From contig JBAXHQ010000001.1 of the NCBI GenBank assembly GCA_037138815.1, positions 35,407-99,406 of the forward strand: a DNA stretch of 64,000 nt, given 5' to 3'. Shown in pieces: positions 1-9,992 of the stretch. How positions within the stretch are numbered: the stretch's first letter is position 1; every line of letters begins with the position of its first letter. The position numbers and the translations under genes were made by a program. The notes beneath the pieces are model-generated. The model saw only the letters and a program-made list of their open reading frames with translations. It was not told the DNA's origin and searched no databases. The stretch comes from Candidatus Saccharimonadota bacterium (GTDB lineage: Bacteria; Patescibacteriota; Saccharimonadia; Saccharimonadales; Saccharimonadaceae).

Positions 1-40
1 TATAATCGGACACATAGGTGAAGAAAAAGGAGTTCAGCCC

Positions 41-775
41 ATGACATCTAATGTCGATATCAAAGCCCTGTTTGAAGCAGGCGTACATTTTGGTCACAAG
101 ACCAGCCATTGGAACCCTAAAATGGCACAATATATTCACAGTAAACGCCAGGAAAGCCATATTATTGATTTGGCAAAAACTGTCGAAGGCCTAAACGTAG
201 CATTGCCATTCTTGACCAGTGTAGTTGCTAGTGGCAAACAAGTTCTATTTGTTGGCACTAAAAAGCACACCAAAGACATCATTCGTGAAGCTGCCCAGGC
301 AGTCAATCAGCCATACGTTACTGAACGTTGGTTGGGTGGCACTTTGACTAATGTCACTACTGTTACTAAACAGATTAAAAAATTAAAAGACCTAGAAAAA
401 CGCATGGTATCAGGTGATCTAGAAAAACGCTATTCTAAACTAGAAGTTCAACGTTTCCAGGAAGAAATTGATGATCTAAATAATAAATACCTAGGTATCA
501 AAGACCTAAACGGTAAACCAGGTGCTGTATTTATCATTGATGTTATTGGTGATATGAATGCTATCAAAGAGGCTAAAACCCTTAACGTTCCAGTTGTTGC
601 GGTTGTTGATACTAACGCTGATCCAACTTTGGTTGATTATGTCATTCCTGGTAACGATGATGCTATCAAGGGTGTCCAATTACTACTAGATTACGTAAAG
701 ACTGCCATTATCAATGGCGCAGCAGGTGCTAGTAAAGTAACTGATAATATTAAGGCTGATACAAAGGAGAAATAA
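41..775 (+). CDS. rpsB: 30S ribosomal protein S2
   Basis: 244-aa ORF with the S2 signature GVHFGHKTSHWNPKM...HIIDL. It is followed by tsf, as in the conserved rpsB-tsf pair. Confidence 0.95.
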   Translation: MTSNVDIKALFEAGVHFGHKTSHWNPKMAQYIHSKRQESHIIDLAKTVEGLNVALPFLTSVVASGKQVLFVGTKKHTKDIIREAAQAVNQPYVTERWLGGTLTNVTTVTKQIKKLKDLEKRMVSGDLEKRYSKLEVQRFQEEIDDLNNKYLGIKDLNGKPGAVFIIDVIGDMNAIKEAKTLNVPVVAVVDTNADPTLVDYVIPGNDDAIKGVQLLLDYVKTAIINGAAGASKVTDNIKADTKEK

Positions 776-779
776 AGCG

Positions 780-1376
780 ATGGGCGTATCAATTGACGAT
801 ATTAGAAAACTCAAAGAATTGACCGGTATTGGTCTGACTGATGCCAAGGCTGCATTAGTTGGTGCTGATGGTGATTTCGATAAGGCGCTAGAAGTATTAC
901 GCAAAAAAGGCGTTACCAAGGCCGAGAAAAAAGGCGACCGCGAAGCCCGCGAAGGTCTAGTTGATGGTTATATCCACGGCGGTCGTATCGGTGTTGTCGT
1001 AGAGGTCAACTGTGAAACTGATTTTGTGGCTCGAACTGATGGTTTTAAATCATTCGTTCACGAAATTGCTTTACAAATTGCTTCTATGTCACCTCAATAT
1101 ATTAACGAATCCGAAATTCCAGCCGAAGAAATGGCTCGTGTTCGTGCCGAGGCCGAGGAACGTGCTAAAAACGAAGGCAAACCAGCTGCTATGCTAGAAA
1201 AAATCGTTGATGGTCAGGTTAAAAAACACTTTGCTGAAAAAGTTTTGATGAGCCAAGAATACATCAAAAACGACAAGCAAACTGTCGAAGATTTCGTCAA
1301 AGAGAATATCTCGAAAACTGGTGAAAATCTAATAATTCGCCAATTCAAACGTATCGAGCTCGGCGTTAACGAATAG
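780..1376 (+). CDS. tsf: Elongation factor Ts (short form)
   Basis: 198-aa ORF with the N-terminal EF-Ts UBA-like motif IRKLKELTGIGLTDAKAAL...ALEVLRKKG. It starts 4 nt after rpsB. Confidence 0.93.
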   Translation: MGVSIDDIRKLKELTGIGLTDAKAALVGADGDFDKALEVLRKKGVTKAEKKGDREAREGLVDGYIHGGRIGVVVEVNCETDFVARTDGFKSFVHEIALQIASMSPQYINESEIPAEEMARVRAEAEERAKNEGKPAAMLEKIVDGQVKKHFAEKVLMSQEYIKNDKQTVEDFVKENISKTGENLIIRQFKRIELGVNE

Positions 1377-1395
1377 AACCTAAGTTCTGACACTT

Positions 1396-1430
1396 AAATA
1401 ACCATGTAGAGATTACATGGTTATTTTGTT
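1396..1430 (+). terminator. Intrinsic terminator after tsf
   Basis: 13-bp stem AAATAACCATGTA / TACATGGTTATTT with a 5-nt loop, followed by a T-run. Confidence 0.6.
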
Positions 1431-1444
1431 ACAATAAGATTACT

Positions 1445-1999
1445 ATGTTTGATACGAAACCTTATGAACAGAAATTTGACCAAGTTATTGCCCGTTTTGA
1501 AGAAGAGTTAAAAAAAGTTCGCACTGGTCGTGCGCATCCCGGTCAACTAGATAGTGTCAGGGTTGAAGTTTACGGAAGCTTAATGCCGCTCAACCAGGTC
1601 GCTAATGTGACTGCGCCAGAGGCACAGATGCTACTAATAACACCATTTGATCCCAGCAATATTCAGCCAATTAGCGCTGCAATTCGAGCTGATCAGAGTT
1701 TGGGTTTTAATCCGAGTGATGATGGTCGTGTCGTCCGTGTACCTGTTCCAGCACTTACCGAGGAACGCCGTAAGCTACTAGTTAAACAGGGTAGTGAAAA
1801 AGTTGAAGAAACCAAGATCGCACTTCGAAATATTCGTCAGGATGCACTAAAGGATGCTAAACGCAAAAAAGAATCCAAGGAATTATCCGAGGATGACGTA
1901 AAGCGTGTCGAAAAGATTATTGATGTAATTATGACAACTATAAACACTAAGGTTGATGAAATATTCCGAGCTAAAGAGAAAGAAATACTTACAATCTAA
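1445..1999 (+). CDS. frr: Ribosome recycling factor
   Basis: 184 aa with RTGRAHPGQLD...VYGS..PLNQVA, typical of RRF. Confidence 0.95.
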   Translation: MFDTKPYEQKFDQVIARFEEELKKVRTGRAHPGQLDSVRVEVYGSLMPLNQVANVTAPEAQMLLITPFDPSNIQPISAAIRADQSLGFNPSDDGRVVRVPVPALTEERRKLLVKQGSEKVEETKIALRNIRQDALKDAKRKKESKELSEDDVKRVEKIIDVIMTTINTKVDEIFRAKEKEILTI

Positions 2000-2691
2000 T
2001 GACCGATCTGACTGTTCCAAAGCATATAGGGTATATTGTCGATGGTAATCGTCGCTGGGCTAAAAAACATGGCTTGCCGGCATACGAAGGGCATTTGGCT
2101 GGTTATAATGTCCTAAAGGATATTGTTATTGATACGATCAATGCTGGCGTAGAATATGTGTCGGTATATATCTTTAGCACCGAAAATTGGAAACGCAGCG
2201 AAGAAGAAGTCAGCAAATTAATGGGTTTAGTGTTGAAATTATTAACTTCGGATCTACCGATACTAGACGATAATAATATTAAATTACTGGTTTTAGGTTC
2301 GCGCGACAGATTAAGCGACCGTATCATAAAAGCCATCGACGAAGCCGAATTGCGAACTGTAGGTAATACCGCAGGTACATTAGCGCTATGTTTTAATTAT
2401 GGTGGTCAATTAGAAATTGTTGATGCGGTCAAGAAAATTATAGAATCTGGTGTACCCGCTGATGCAGTTACGGCCGATTTAGTTAGTCAAAATCTATATG
2501 CCCCCGAAGTACCACCACTCGATTTAGTTGTTCGTACTAGTGGTGAACAGCGATTATCTAATTTTATGCTATGGCGGGTGGCTTATAGCGAGATAATGTT
2601 TATTGAAAAAACATGGCCTGATATAACCAAGGATGAAATTGCTAATATAATCTCAGATTTTAGCAAGCGTTCCAGGCGTTTTGGGGGCTAG
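1999..2691 (+). CDS. uppS: Undecaprenyl-diphosphate synthase (isoprenyl transferase)
   Basis: 230 aa with HIGYIVDGNRRWA and the C-terminal RLSNFMLWR motif. TAATG overlap with frr. Confidence 0.93.
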   Translation: MTDLTVPKHIGYIVDGNRRWAKKHGLPAYEGHLAGYNVLKDIVIDTINAGVEYVSVYIFSTENWKRSEEEVSKLMGLVLKLLTSDLPILDDNNIKLLVLGSRDRLSDRIIKAIDEAELRTVGNTAGTLALCFNYGGQLEIVDAVKKIIESGVPADAVTADLVSQNLYAPEVPPLDLVVRTSGEQRLSNFMLWRVAYSEIMFIEKTWPDITKDEIANIISDFSKRSRRFGG

Positions 2692-3831
2692 ATGGCGTTA
2701 ATAGTTGAAATAATCATAGGCTTACTCATACTAATGTTATTAGTTGTGGCTCATGAATTTGGTCATGCGATTATTGCTAGGCGTAATGGGGTAGTGGTCG
2801 AAGAATTTGGCGTAGGCTTCCCCCCATCTTTCTGGTCTAAAAAACTTAAAAATGGCATTCTACTGACATTAAATTGGTTGCCACTTGGCGGTTTTGTCAA
2901 AATGCGCGGTGAATACGATGCGGCTAGCAAAAAAGGGGATTATGGCGCCGCTACTTTTTTAGGTAAAACCAAGATTTTATTAGCTGGTGTGGTAGTTAAC
3001 TGGTTGGTGGCAATCGTACTATTAACTGGTTTGGCCGTGGTCGGATTACCAAAAGTAATACCCAACCAGGTAACCATCCCTAGCGATACAACGGTTATTA
3101 CAAAACCAGTTGAAATTTCTGTCATTATGAAAAACTATCCCGCGGACAAAGCTGGGTTAAAAACAGGTGACAAAGTCGTTAGGTTGGCTGGTCAATTAAC
3201 TCCGACAATTAGCCGTCTAACTGAACTTACGAAAAAATACAAAGGTCAAAACGTAATGATAGTATATGACCGTAACGGCACTGAATATAGCCAACAGGTT
3301 GACCTGCGAAATAGTAATGACGGCAATTACTTGGGTGTTGGCCTAAACCAAAGTGAATTAATCAAAGCCACTTGGTCGGCACCAATAGTTGGGGTTGCTT
3401 CTACTGTGCAGTTCACATGGCTGACGATCCAGGGGATTGGTGATTTGTTCTCGAATTTAGTTAGTGGTCTGGTTATGCAATTTAGCTCCAATACTAGTGT
3501 TCGTCAGCAAGCTTCGTCGGATTTGACGTCAGCTAGCAACAGCGTTTCTGGCCCCATTGGCATATTAGGTATGATTTTTCCGGCTGCCGTCAAAGCTGGC
3601 CCAACTCAGTTAGTGTTTTTGACGGCCATAGTCTCGATTTCATTAGCTGTTATGAATATTCTACCAATTCCGGCGCTTGACGGTGGTAGGTGGTTCGTAA
3701 TGACATTTTACAAAATATCAAAAAAGAAATTAACCAAGGAACGAGAAGAAAAAATCCAAACGATAGGATTTTCGATTCTAATGGGCTTGGTGCTATTGGT
3801 GACATTTGCTGATGTTTCGAAATTATTCTAA
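2692..3831 (+). CDS. rseP: M50 site-2 protease with PDZ domain (RseP family)
   Basis: HEFGHAIIARR zinc motif near the N-terminus, a central PDZ-like region, the LPIPALDGG motif and several TM helices. It sits in the usual position after uppS. Confidence 0.85.
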   Translation: MALIVEIIIGLLILMLLVVAHEFGHAIIARRNGVVVEEFGVGFPPSFWSKKLKNGILLTLNWLPLGGFVKMRGEYDAASKKGDYGAATFLGKTKILLAGVVVNWLVAIVLLTGLAVVGLPKVIPNQVTIPSDTTVITKPVEISVIMKNYPADKAGLKTGDKVVRLAGQLTPTISRLTELTKKYKGQNVMIVYDRNGTEYSQQVDLRNSNDGNYLGVGLNQSELIKATWSAPIVGVASTVQFTWLTIQGIGDLFSNLVSGLVMQFSSNTSVRQQASSDLTSASNSVSGPIGILGMIFPAAVKAGPTQLVFLTAIVSISLAVMNILPIPALDGGRWFVMTFYKISKKKLTKEREEKIQTIGFSILMGLVLLVTFADVSKLF

Positions 3832-4558
3832 TTCAGAAGATTCAAATATCACCAAATCTAGGTGGTGGGTTTTATTAGCTTTGCCAGCCTGGATTATTAC
3901 TGGGTTTTTTTTATCGGAATTAATAGTTAGCGGATTGGTGAATTATACGCCGTTATCATCATTAAACCCGACGTTGCTGAGCGCGATGTGTGATGGGTTA
4001 ATTTATACAATCACGTTAGTTTTTATTATAGGGTTGCCGTGGTTTATTAAAAAATCAAAAACCAGCCTAACTGATATTGGGCTAACTAGGTTGCCGTCTT
4101 GGACTGATATATTAATCACTCCAGCGGGTTTGATAGTGTATTTGATAATTTCGTCGGGGTTGATGATATTGGCTGTTCATTTGTTGCCGAATTTTAATAT
4201 CAATCAGGCCCAGGATACCGGATTTCAGCAGTTAAGTGCGCGTTATGAATATATTTTGGCGTTTATAACCCTAGTAATTATTGCACCTATCGCAGAAGAG
4301 GTTTTATTCCGTGGATATTTATATGGTAAGTTGAAAAAATATTTTCCAGTTTGGGTGGCGATATTAGCAACTAGTTTGCTGTTCGGGGCTCTACATGGTG
4401 CTTGGAATTTGGCAATTGATACTTTTGCTCTTAGTTTGGTGCTATGTATAATGCGCGAATCAACTGGAAACATCTGGGCATCGATATTATTGCATATGAC
4501 AAAAAACGGCATCGCGTTCTATTTCCTCTTTATTAATTCGCTATTACTGATACACTAG
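3806..4558 (+). CDS. CPBP (CAAX) family intramembrane metalloprotease
   Basis: Polytopic membrane protein with EEVLFRGYLY, FGALH and a late H motif. The start is uncertain because it overlaps rseP by 26 nt. Confidence 0.72.
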   Translation: MLMFRNYSNSEDSNITKSRWWVLLALPAWIITGFFLSELIVSGLVNYTPLSSLNPTLLSAMCDGLIYTITLVFIIGLPWFIKKSKTSLTDIGLTRLPSWTDILITPAGLIVYLIISSGLMILAVHLLPNFNINQAQDTGFQQLSARYEYILAFITLVIIAPIAEEVLFRGYLYGKLKKYFPVWVAILATSLLFGALHGAWNLAIDTFALSLVLCIMRESTGNIWASILLHMTKNGIAFYFLFINSLLLIH

Positions 4559-4566
4559 TATGTACT

Positions 4567-5811
4567 ATGCGTGTATCTAATCTATTTACCAAAACTAGCA
4601 AAAACGCACCAGCCGACGAAGTTGCCAAGAATGCGCAGCTATTGAGTCGCGCCGGTTTTATATATAAGGAAATGGCTGGTGTCTACACATATTTGCCGCT
4701 CGGCAAGATTGTAATTGATAAAATCATTCAAATCGTTCGTGAAGAAATGAATGCCGTCGGTGGTGTAGAAATGAGCCTAACTGCATTACAGTCCAAAGAC
4801 ACCTGGGAAGCATCGGGTCGTTGGAGTGATGAAGTTATGGACGTTTGGTTTAAAACGAAATTAGCTAGTGGTAGCGAGGTTGGCCTAGCGCCGACTCACG
4901 AAGAACCATTAACTAAGCTAATGAAAGATTTTATTCACAGCTACAAGGATTTGCCAGCTTATCCGTACCAATTTCAAATAAAATTCCGCAATGAGTTACG
5001 AAGTAAGAGCGGGTTAATGCGTGGGCGTGAATTTTGGATGAAGGATTTGTATAGTTTTAGCCGTGATCGTAACGAGCATGATGTCTTTTATGAAAAGATT
5101 AGTAAGGCTTATGAAAAAGTATATAATCGTTTCGGAATAGGTGATATAACCTATAAAACGTTCGCTAGTGGTGGTAGTTTTTCGAAATATAGCCATGAAT
5201 TCCAAACGATTAGTGATGTCGGCGAAGACACAATATACGTCCACGAAGGCAAGCGAATCGCTATCAACGAAGAAGTTTATAATGACGAAGTGCTAGCAGA
5301 TCTAGGTATTAAAAAAGAGGAACTTGTCGAGAAAAAAGCCGTTGAAGTTGGTAATATATTCACGCTTGGTAATAAATTCTCGGATGCCTTTGATCTAAAA
5401 TATACCGACGAAGATGGCACGTCAAAGCCTGTGTTTATGGGTAGCTACGGTATTGGGCCGAGTCGAATTATGGGTTTGATTGCCGAGTTGTTCTCGGATG
5501 AAAAAGGGCTTGTTTGGCCAGAAAATATAGCACCATATAGGGTTTACTTAGTACAAATCGGTGGTGAATCGTCCATGGAATGCGCTGATGAATTATACGA
5601 AGAGTTAAAAAAACGAAATATTGAGGTGCTTTATGATGATCGTGATGTCCGTCCAGGACAGAAATTCGCTGATAGTGAGCTGATGGGTATACCGTATCGT
5701 GTTACTGTGAGTGATCGTATGATGGCTGATGAGGTTTATGAGTTCGTAGTGCGAAGTGACGGGCAAAAAAGCCTGTTGACACATGATCAACTGCTTGATA
5801 AACTGAGCTAA
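4567..5811 (+). CDS. proS: Prolyl-tRNA synthetase, minimal form without INS editing domain
   Basis: The N-terminus MRVSNLF..PADEV..AQLLSRAGFIYKEMAGVYTYLPLG matches the bacterial ProRS start. Class II motifs are present, but the protein is only 414 aa. Confidence 0.88.
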   Translation: MRVSNLFTKTSKNAPADEVAKNAQLLSRAGFIYKEMAGVYTYLPLGKIVIDKIIQIVREEMNAVGGVEMSLTALQSKDTWEASGRWSDEVMDVWFKTKLASGSEVGLAPTHEEPLTKLMKDFIHSYKDLPAYPYQFQIKFRNELRSKSGLMRGREFWMKDLYSFSRDRNEHDVFYEKISKAYEKVYNRFGIGDITYKTFASGGSFSKYSHEFQTISDVGEDTIYVHEGKRIAINEEVYNDEVLADLGIKKEELVEKKAVEVGNIFTLGNKFSDAFDLKYTDEDGTSKPVFMGSYGIGPSRIMGLIAELFSDEKGLVWPENIAPYRVYLVQIGGESSMECADELYEELKKRNIEVLYDDRDVRPGQKFADSELMGIPYRVTVSDRMMADEVYEFVVRSDGQKSLLTHDQLLDKLS

Positions 5812-5898
5812 TTGTAGAAAAATGTACAAGATTTACGCTATATGTAGCGTACGTAATGATATAATAAGCACTATAGATGCAAGGGAATTGAAACACGT

Positions 5899-6354
5899 AT
5901 GAAAAAAAAGTTCAAAATCACCCTAAACGGTAAAAAAGAGCTAGAAAAAGAGCTAAATGAACTGATAGGTCGTCGCGGTCACATAGCTGATAAAATTGCC
6001 GAGGCTCGAGATTTCGGTGATCTTAGCGAAAATGCTGAATATGATGTTGCGCGCGAAGAACAGGGTCTAATCGAGACTCGTATTGCTGGAATCGAAGATA
6101 TCATAACTAATGCCGATATCATAAAAAGCACTGATTCTTCGAAAGTAACTTTAGGTAGCGAAGTTGAATTAAAAGTTGGTAAAAAACACGTTACTTATGC
6201 TATCGTTGGCCCTGTCGAGGCAGATCCGTTAGAGGGTAAAATCAGCAATGAATCGCCAATCGGCGTAGCCCTGATGGGTAAAAAGAGTGGTGACAAAATT
6301 GACATTACAACCATCAAGGGTAGCGTTACTTACGAAATTTTAAAAATTTCATAA
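5899..6354 (+). CDS. greA: Transcription elongation factor GreA
   Basis: 151 aa with the FGDLSENAEYDVAREEQ coiled-coil tip motif. Confidence 0.92.
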   Translation: MKKKFKITLNGKKELEKELNELIGRRGHIADKIAEARDFGDLSENAEYDVAREEQGLIETRIAGIEDIITNADIIKSTDSSKVTLGSEVELKVGKKHVTYAIVGPVEADPLEGKISNESPIGVALMGKKSGDKIDITTIKGSVTYEILKIS

Positions 6355-6421
6355 AATTTTTAAACATTAAATACTACAGCCCATCTTTGTAGAGGTGGGT
6401 TATGTTATAATTTAGGATATT

Positions 6422-7933
6422 ATGGCAACACTAAAAGATTTTCGCGATGAGCGACTGCGCAAACTTAAGGCTTTACGAGATTTAGGTATTAATCCTTATC
6501 CAGCGGAGTCTAATCGGTCACATAACCTAGCTGATATTACCGATCAATTCGATAGTCTGAATGGCCAGACCGTCAAGGTCGTCGGGCGAATTATTAGTAT
6601 TCGTAAATTTGGCAAATTAGCCTTTGTGGTTATTAGGGATTTTAGTGGCAAGATTCAATTAGTGCTTTATGCTGATGTTGTATTGCCGCTGGATGCTAGC
6701 AATAACCGAATTGGTATTGCAGAGCTACCGCTACTGGACACAGGCGATTTCATTGAGGCGACTGGTAAAGTAGTAAAAAGCAAAACTAACGAAACTTCAG
6801 TCGAAGTAACTGATTTGCGAATACTAACAAAATCACTTCGGCCGATGCCTAGTGTGATTGACGGATTTACTAACAAAGAAGAGCGTTTGCGTCGCCGTTA
6901 TATTGATATGAATATAAATCAAAGCGTGCGTGATCGATTTGTTAGACGCAGTAAATTCTGGCAGGCAACACGCGATTTTCTTAATCAGCATGGATTTATC
7001 GAAATTAACATACCGGTTCTAGAACATACTACTGGTGGGGCGGATGCCAACCCATTCGTGACACATATGGACTCACTGGATCAGGATTTTTATTTGCGTA
7101 TTAGCCACGAATTACCATTAAAGCGTTTGCTGGGCGCTGGTTACGAAAAAGTCTATGACGTTGGTCCACGTTTTAGAAACGAAAATTACAGCGATGAACA
7201 TCTACCGGAGCATATTGCGATGGAGTGGTACCAAGCGTATGCCAACTGGCAAGACGGTATGAGATTCATGGAAGAAATGTATAAATACGTCCTAGAGCAG
7301 ACATTTGGAACGCTGAAATTTCATATTAATGATCAGGATATTGATATGGGTGGTGATTGGGAAGTTTGGGATTATGCGACAGTTATCAAAGATCGCTATA
7401 ATATTGATGTTTACGATAGTTCACTCGACGACGTTAAAAAAGCATTGATTGATAATAAACTCGAAGTCCAACAGACCGAAAACCGTGCTCGTGGTATTGA
7501 TAAACTTTGGAAGAATATTCGCAAAGATGTCGCTGGGCCTGTTTGGCTAATTAATACGCCGAAATTTATTAGCCCTCTCGCTAAAAGCAACCCTAATGAT
7601 GATCGAACGGTGCAGCGTTTTCAACCAGTTATCGCTGGGAGCGAGTTAGGTAATGGGTTCTCGGAATTGAATGACCCAGTTGATCAGTTGAATCGCTTTG
7701 TTGAGCAGCAAAAAATGCGCGAAGCAGGCGATGACGAGGCTATGATGCTGGATATTGATTTTGTCGAGATGCTAGAATACGGTATGCCACCAGCCTGTGG
7801 CTGGGGTTACAGTGAGCGTGTTTTCTGGATATTCGAAGGCGTAACTGCTCGTGAAGGTGTACCTTTCCCACAACTTCGCGCCGAAATCGATAGCACGACA
7901 CGCGAAATATATTCTGATATCAAAATAGGCTAA
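6422..7933 (+). CDS. lysS: Lysyl-tRNA synthetase, class II
   Basis: 503 aa with an OB-fold N-domain, YLRISHELPLKRLL and GPRFRNE motifs. Confidence 0.93.
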   Translation: MATLKDFRDERLRKLKALRDLGINPYPAESNRSHNLADITDQFDSLNGQTVKVVGRIISIRKFGKLAFVVIRDFSGKIQLVLYADVVLPLDASNNRIGIAELPLLDTGDFIEATGKVVKSKTNETSVEVTDLRILTKSLRPMPSVIDGFTNKEERLRRRYIDMNINQSVRDRFVRRSKFWQATRDFLNQHGFIEINIPVLEHTTGGADANPFVTHMDSLDQDFYLRISHELPLKRLLGAGYEKVYDVGPRFRNENYSDEHLPEHIAMEWYQAYANWQDGMRFMEEMYKYVLEQTFGTLKFHINDQDIDMGGDWEVWDYATVIKDRYNIDVYDSSLDDVKKALIDNKLEVQQTENRARGIDKLWKNIRKDVAGPVWLINTPKFISPLAKSNPNDDRTVQRFQPVIAGSELGNGFSELNDPVDQLNRFVEQQKMREAGDDEAMMLDIDFVEMLEYGMPPACGWGYSERVFWIFEGVTAREGVPFPQLRAEIDSTTREIYSDIKIG

Positions 7934-7991
7934 GTGCTTAATTGCCTAATTGCCTAACGGGCGAGTAATCCGTTTATGGTATCATTAATAG

Positions 7992-8672
7992 ATGATTGAA
8001 GTTAAACGAATTACTAAAACGTATGGTAAAAAAGACAGTGCTTTTGTGGCGCTGAGCGATGTTAGCTTCGTAATTCCCGATGGTGCTAGTGTGGCGATAT
8101 TGGGTAAATCCGGCAGCGGTAAATCAACACTTATGCATGCTATGAGCGGGCTTGATCGTCCGGAAACTGGCGAAATAATTATTGATGGTAAAAATATCTT
8201 AGCCTTGAAACAAAAAGATATTGATAAGTTTCGTTCAACTACTATGAGCTTTATTTTTCAGAGCTTTTTTGTTCAAGCCAATGAAAGTTGCTATGACAAT
8301 GTTAGTTTGCCGCTCGAGATTGCTGGTGTAGCACCGTCTAGGCGTAGATCGAAAATCGAAGCGGCCTTGATGGCGGTAGAATTAATCGACAAGAAAAAAT
8401 CACGAGCGCGCGAACTCTCTGGTGGTCAAAAGCAGCGTTTAGCGGTGGCTCGAGCGATCGTAAATAACCCCAAAATTTTGTTTGCTGATGAGCCGACTGG
8501 TAATTTAGATAGCGTAACGGGTGGGGTAGTTGAGGATTTGCTATTTAGCTATAACAAGAAAAATAATGTCACATTAATCGTCGTAACGCACGATGCTGAT
8601 TTAGCTAATAGGTGCGACATCCAAATTCACATCAAGGATGGAAAGATCGAATCTATAAAGGGGGATAAATAA
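7992..8672 (+). CDS. ABC transporter ATP-binding protein (MacB/LolD-like)
   Basis: Walker A GKSGSGKST, signature LSGGQKQR and Walker [12 protein letters not shown]. Confidence 0.85.
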   Translation: MIEVKRITKTYGKKDSAFVALSDVSFVIPDGASVAILGKSGSGKSTLMHAMSGLDRPETGEIIIDGKNILALKQKDIDKFRSTTMSFIFQSFFVQANESCYDNVSLPLEIAGVAPSRRRSKIEAALMAVELIDKKKSRARELSGGQKQRLAVARAIVNNPKILFADEPTGNLDSVTGGVVEDLLFSYNKKNNVTLIVVTHDADLANRCDIQIHIKDGKIESIKGDK

Positions 8673-9944
8673 ATGAGGATTCGAGATGTGGCTCTGCGTG
8701 CGGCACGCAGCCTAAAACAAGCCAAAGCACGCACGTTATTGACTAGTTTAGCGATTGGCGTAGGTGCATTCACGATAACATTATCTTTGGCAGCTGGTGT
8801 AGGCGGCCGAGCTTATACCGATCAAATCGTCAGTGCTAATACCGACGTAAAAGAACTTAGTGTAACCAAAGCGCCTCTGAAACAGCAGCAAGGCCCTTTG
8901 AAATATTCCGAAACCAGTTCAGCTGTTTCGACTGCGCTGTTTTCGACAGAACCGTTGTCACAAAGTGATATTGATGCCATTCAAAAAGTTAAAGATGTCG
9001 TTTCGGTTTCACCTAATTACAATCCGCAGATAAAATATATTACTCGGACTGGGCATGATAAATACATAGCTTCGATTAGTACATTTAGCCCGAGTGTTAC
9101 GTTGACTTATGCTGCGGGGTCTACGAGTGGTGATCTGGCTGATGATGAAATCATCTTGACCGAGGATTATGTTTCGGCGCTTGGGTTTAAAAATAATCAG
9201 GATGTGATCGGTAAAACTGTTGATATCGTGATTGATAAATTATCGGCTGCTACGCCAGAAAATAAAACAGTTACTTTTAGGGTCAAGGCTGTTAGTAGTA
9301 AATCTGGCCTAGCTTTTCGTGCTCAGAGTTCGTTGTTGATATCAAATTCCTCAGCCAAAACTTTATATGATTATATTAACAAAGGCACTCGCAGTTACGG
9401 TTTATTTATATTGGCTGCAGTTCAAGTAACTAGTGCTGACAAAGCTCAATCGGTCAAAGATAAATTAATTGGGTTGGGCTACAAAGCAGAGACAGCGGCC
9501 GATGTCCTGGGAGCGATTAACACTTTCATCAACGTCTTGCAAGGGATTCTGTTAGGGTTTGGAATGTTGGCGATAATAACTTCGGTATTTGGGATAATTA
9601 ACACGCAATACATTAGTGTGCTAGAGCGAACACAGCAAATCGGTTTAATGAAAGCCCTGGGTATGAGACGTCGAGATGTCGGTAGATTATTTAAACTAGA
9701 AGCAGCCTGGATTGGCTTTTTGGGCGGTGCGATCGGTAGTGGGCTAGCTATAATCGGCGGTACTGTGGCCAACCCAATTATCAGTAAAGCTCTAGATATT
9801 GGTGATATCAGGCTGATTATATTTACTCCAATGAACATAGCTATCGTTATTATTGGGTTAGTATTAGTGTCTGTGTTATCTGGTATTTTACCGGCTCGCA
9901 AAGCCGCTAAACTTGATCCGATCGAAGCACTACGAACTGAATAG
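8673..9944 (+). CDS. ABC transporter permease, FtsX/MacB-type
   Basis: N-terminal TM helix, large extracytoplasmic domain and a C-terminal 3-TM FtsX-like module ending in ARKAAKLDPIEALR. Its start abuts the ATPase stop. Confidence 0.8.
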   Translation: MRIRDVALRAARSLKQAKARTLLTSLAIGVGAFTITLSLAAGVGGRAYTDQIVSANTDVKELSVTKAPLKQQQGPLKYSETSSAVSTALFSTEPLSQSDIDAIQKVKDVVSVSPNYNPQIKYITRTGHDKYIASISTFSPSVTLTYAAGSTSGDLADDEIILTEDYVSALGFKNNQDVIGKTVDIVIDKLSAATPENKTVTFRVKAVSSKSGLAFRAQSSLLISNSSAKTLYDYINKGTRSYGLFILAAVQVTSADKAQSVKDKLIGLGYKAETAADVLGAINTFINVLQGILLGFGMLAIITSVFGIINTQYISVLERTQQIGLMKALGMRRRDVGRLFKLEAAWIGFLGGAIGSGLAIIGGTVANPIISKALDIGDIRLIIFTPMNIAIVIIGLVLVSVLSGILPARKAAKLDPIEALRTE

Positions 9945-9992
9945 AGTTAGACATTTTTTGAAACTGATCAGTTAATCTGATATGATGGGTAT

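Noticed and set aside
7939-7957. The tandem 8-mer TAATTGCC TAATTGCC TAA after lysS.
   Set aside because: It has only about 2.4 copies within 19 nt and no further structure. It is most likely a slippage duplication in a terminator or promoter spacer.
9479-9901. Long antisense ORFs, such as 9479-9901, 16561-16899, 19989-20324, 41545-41850, 44670-45044, 48203-48601, 50857-51165, 52918-53256 and 57544-57936.
   Set aside because: Each lies wholly inside a well-supported gene on the opposite strand, has no SD and shows shadow-frame composition.
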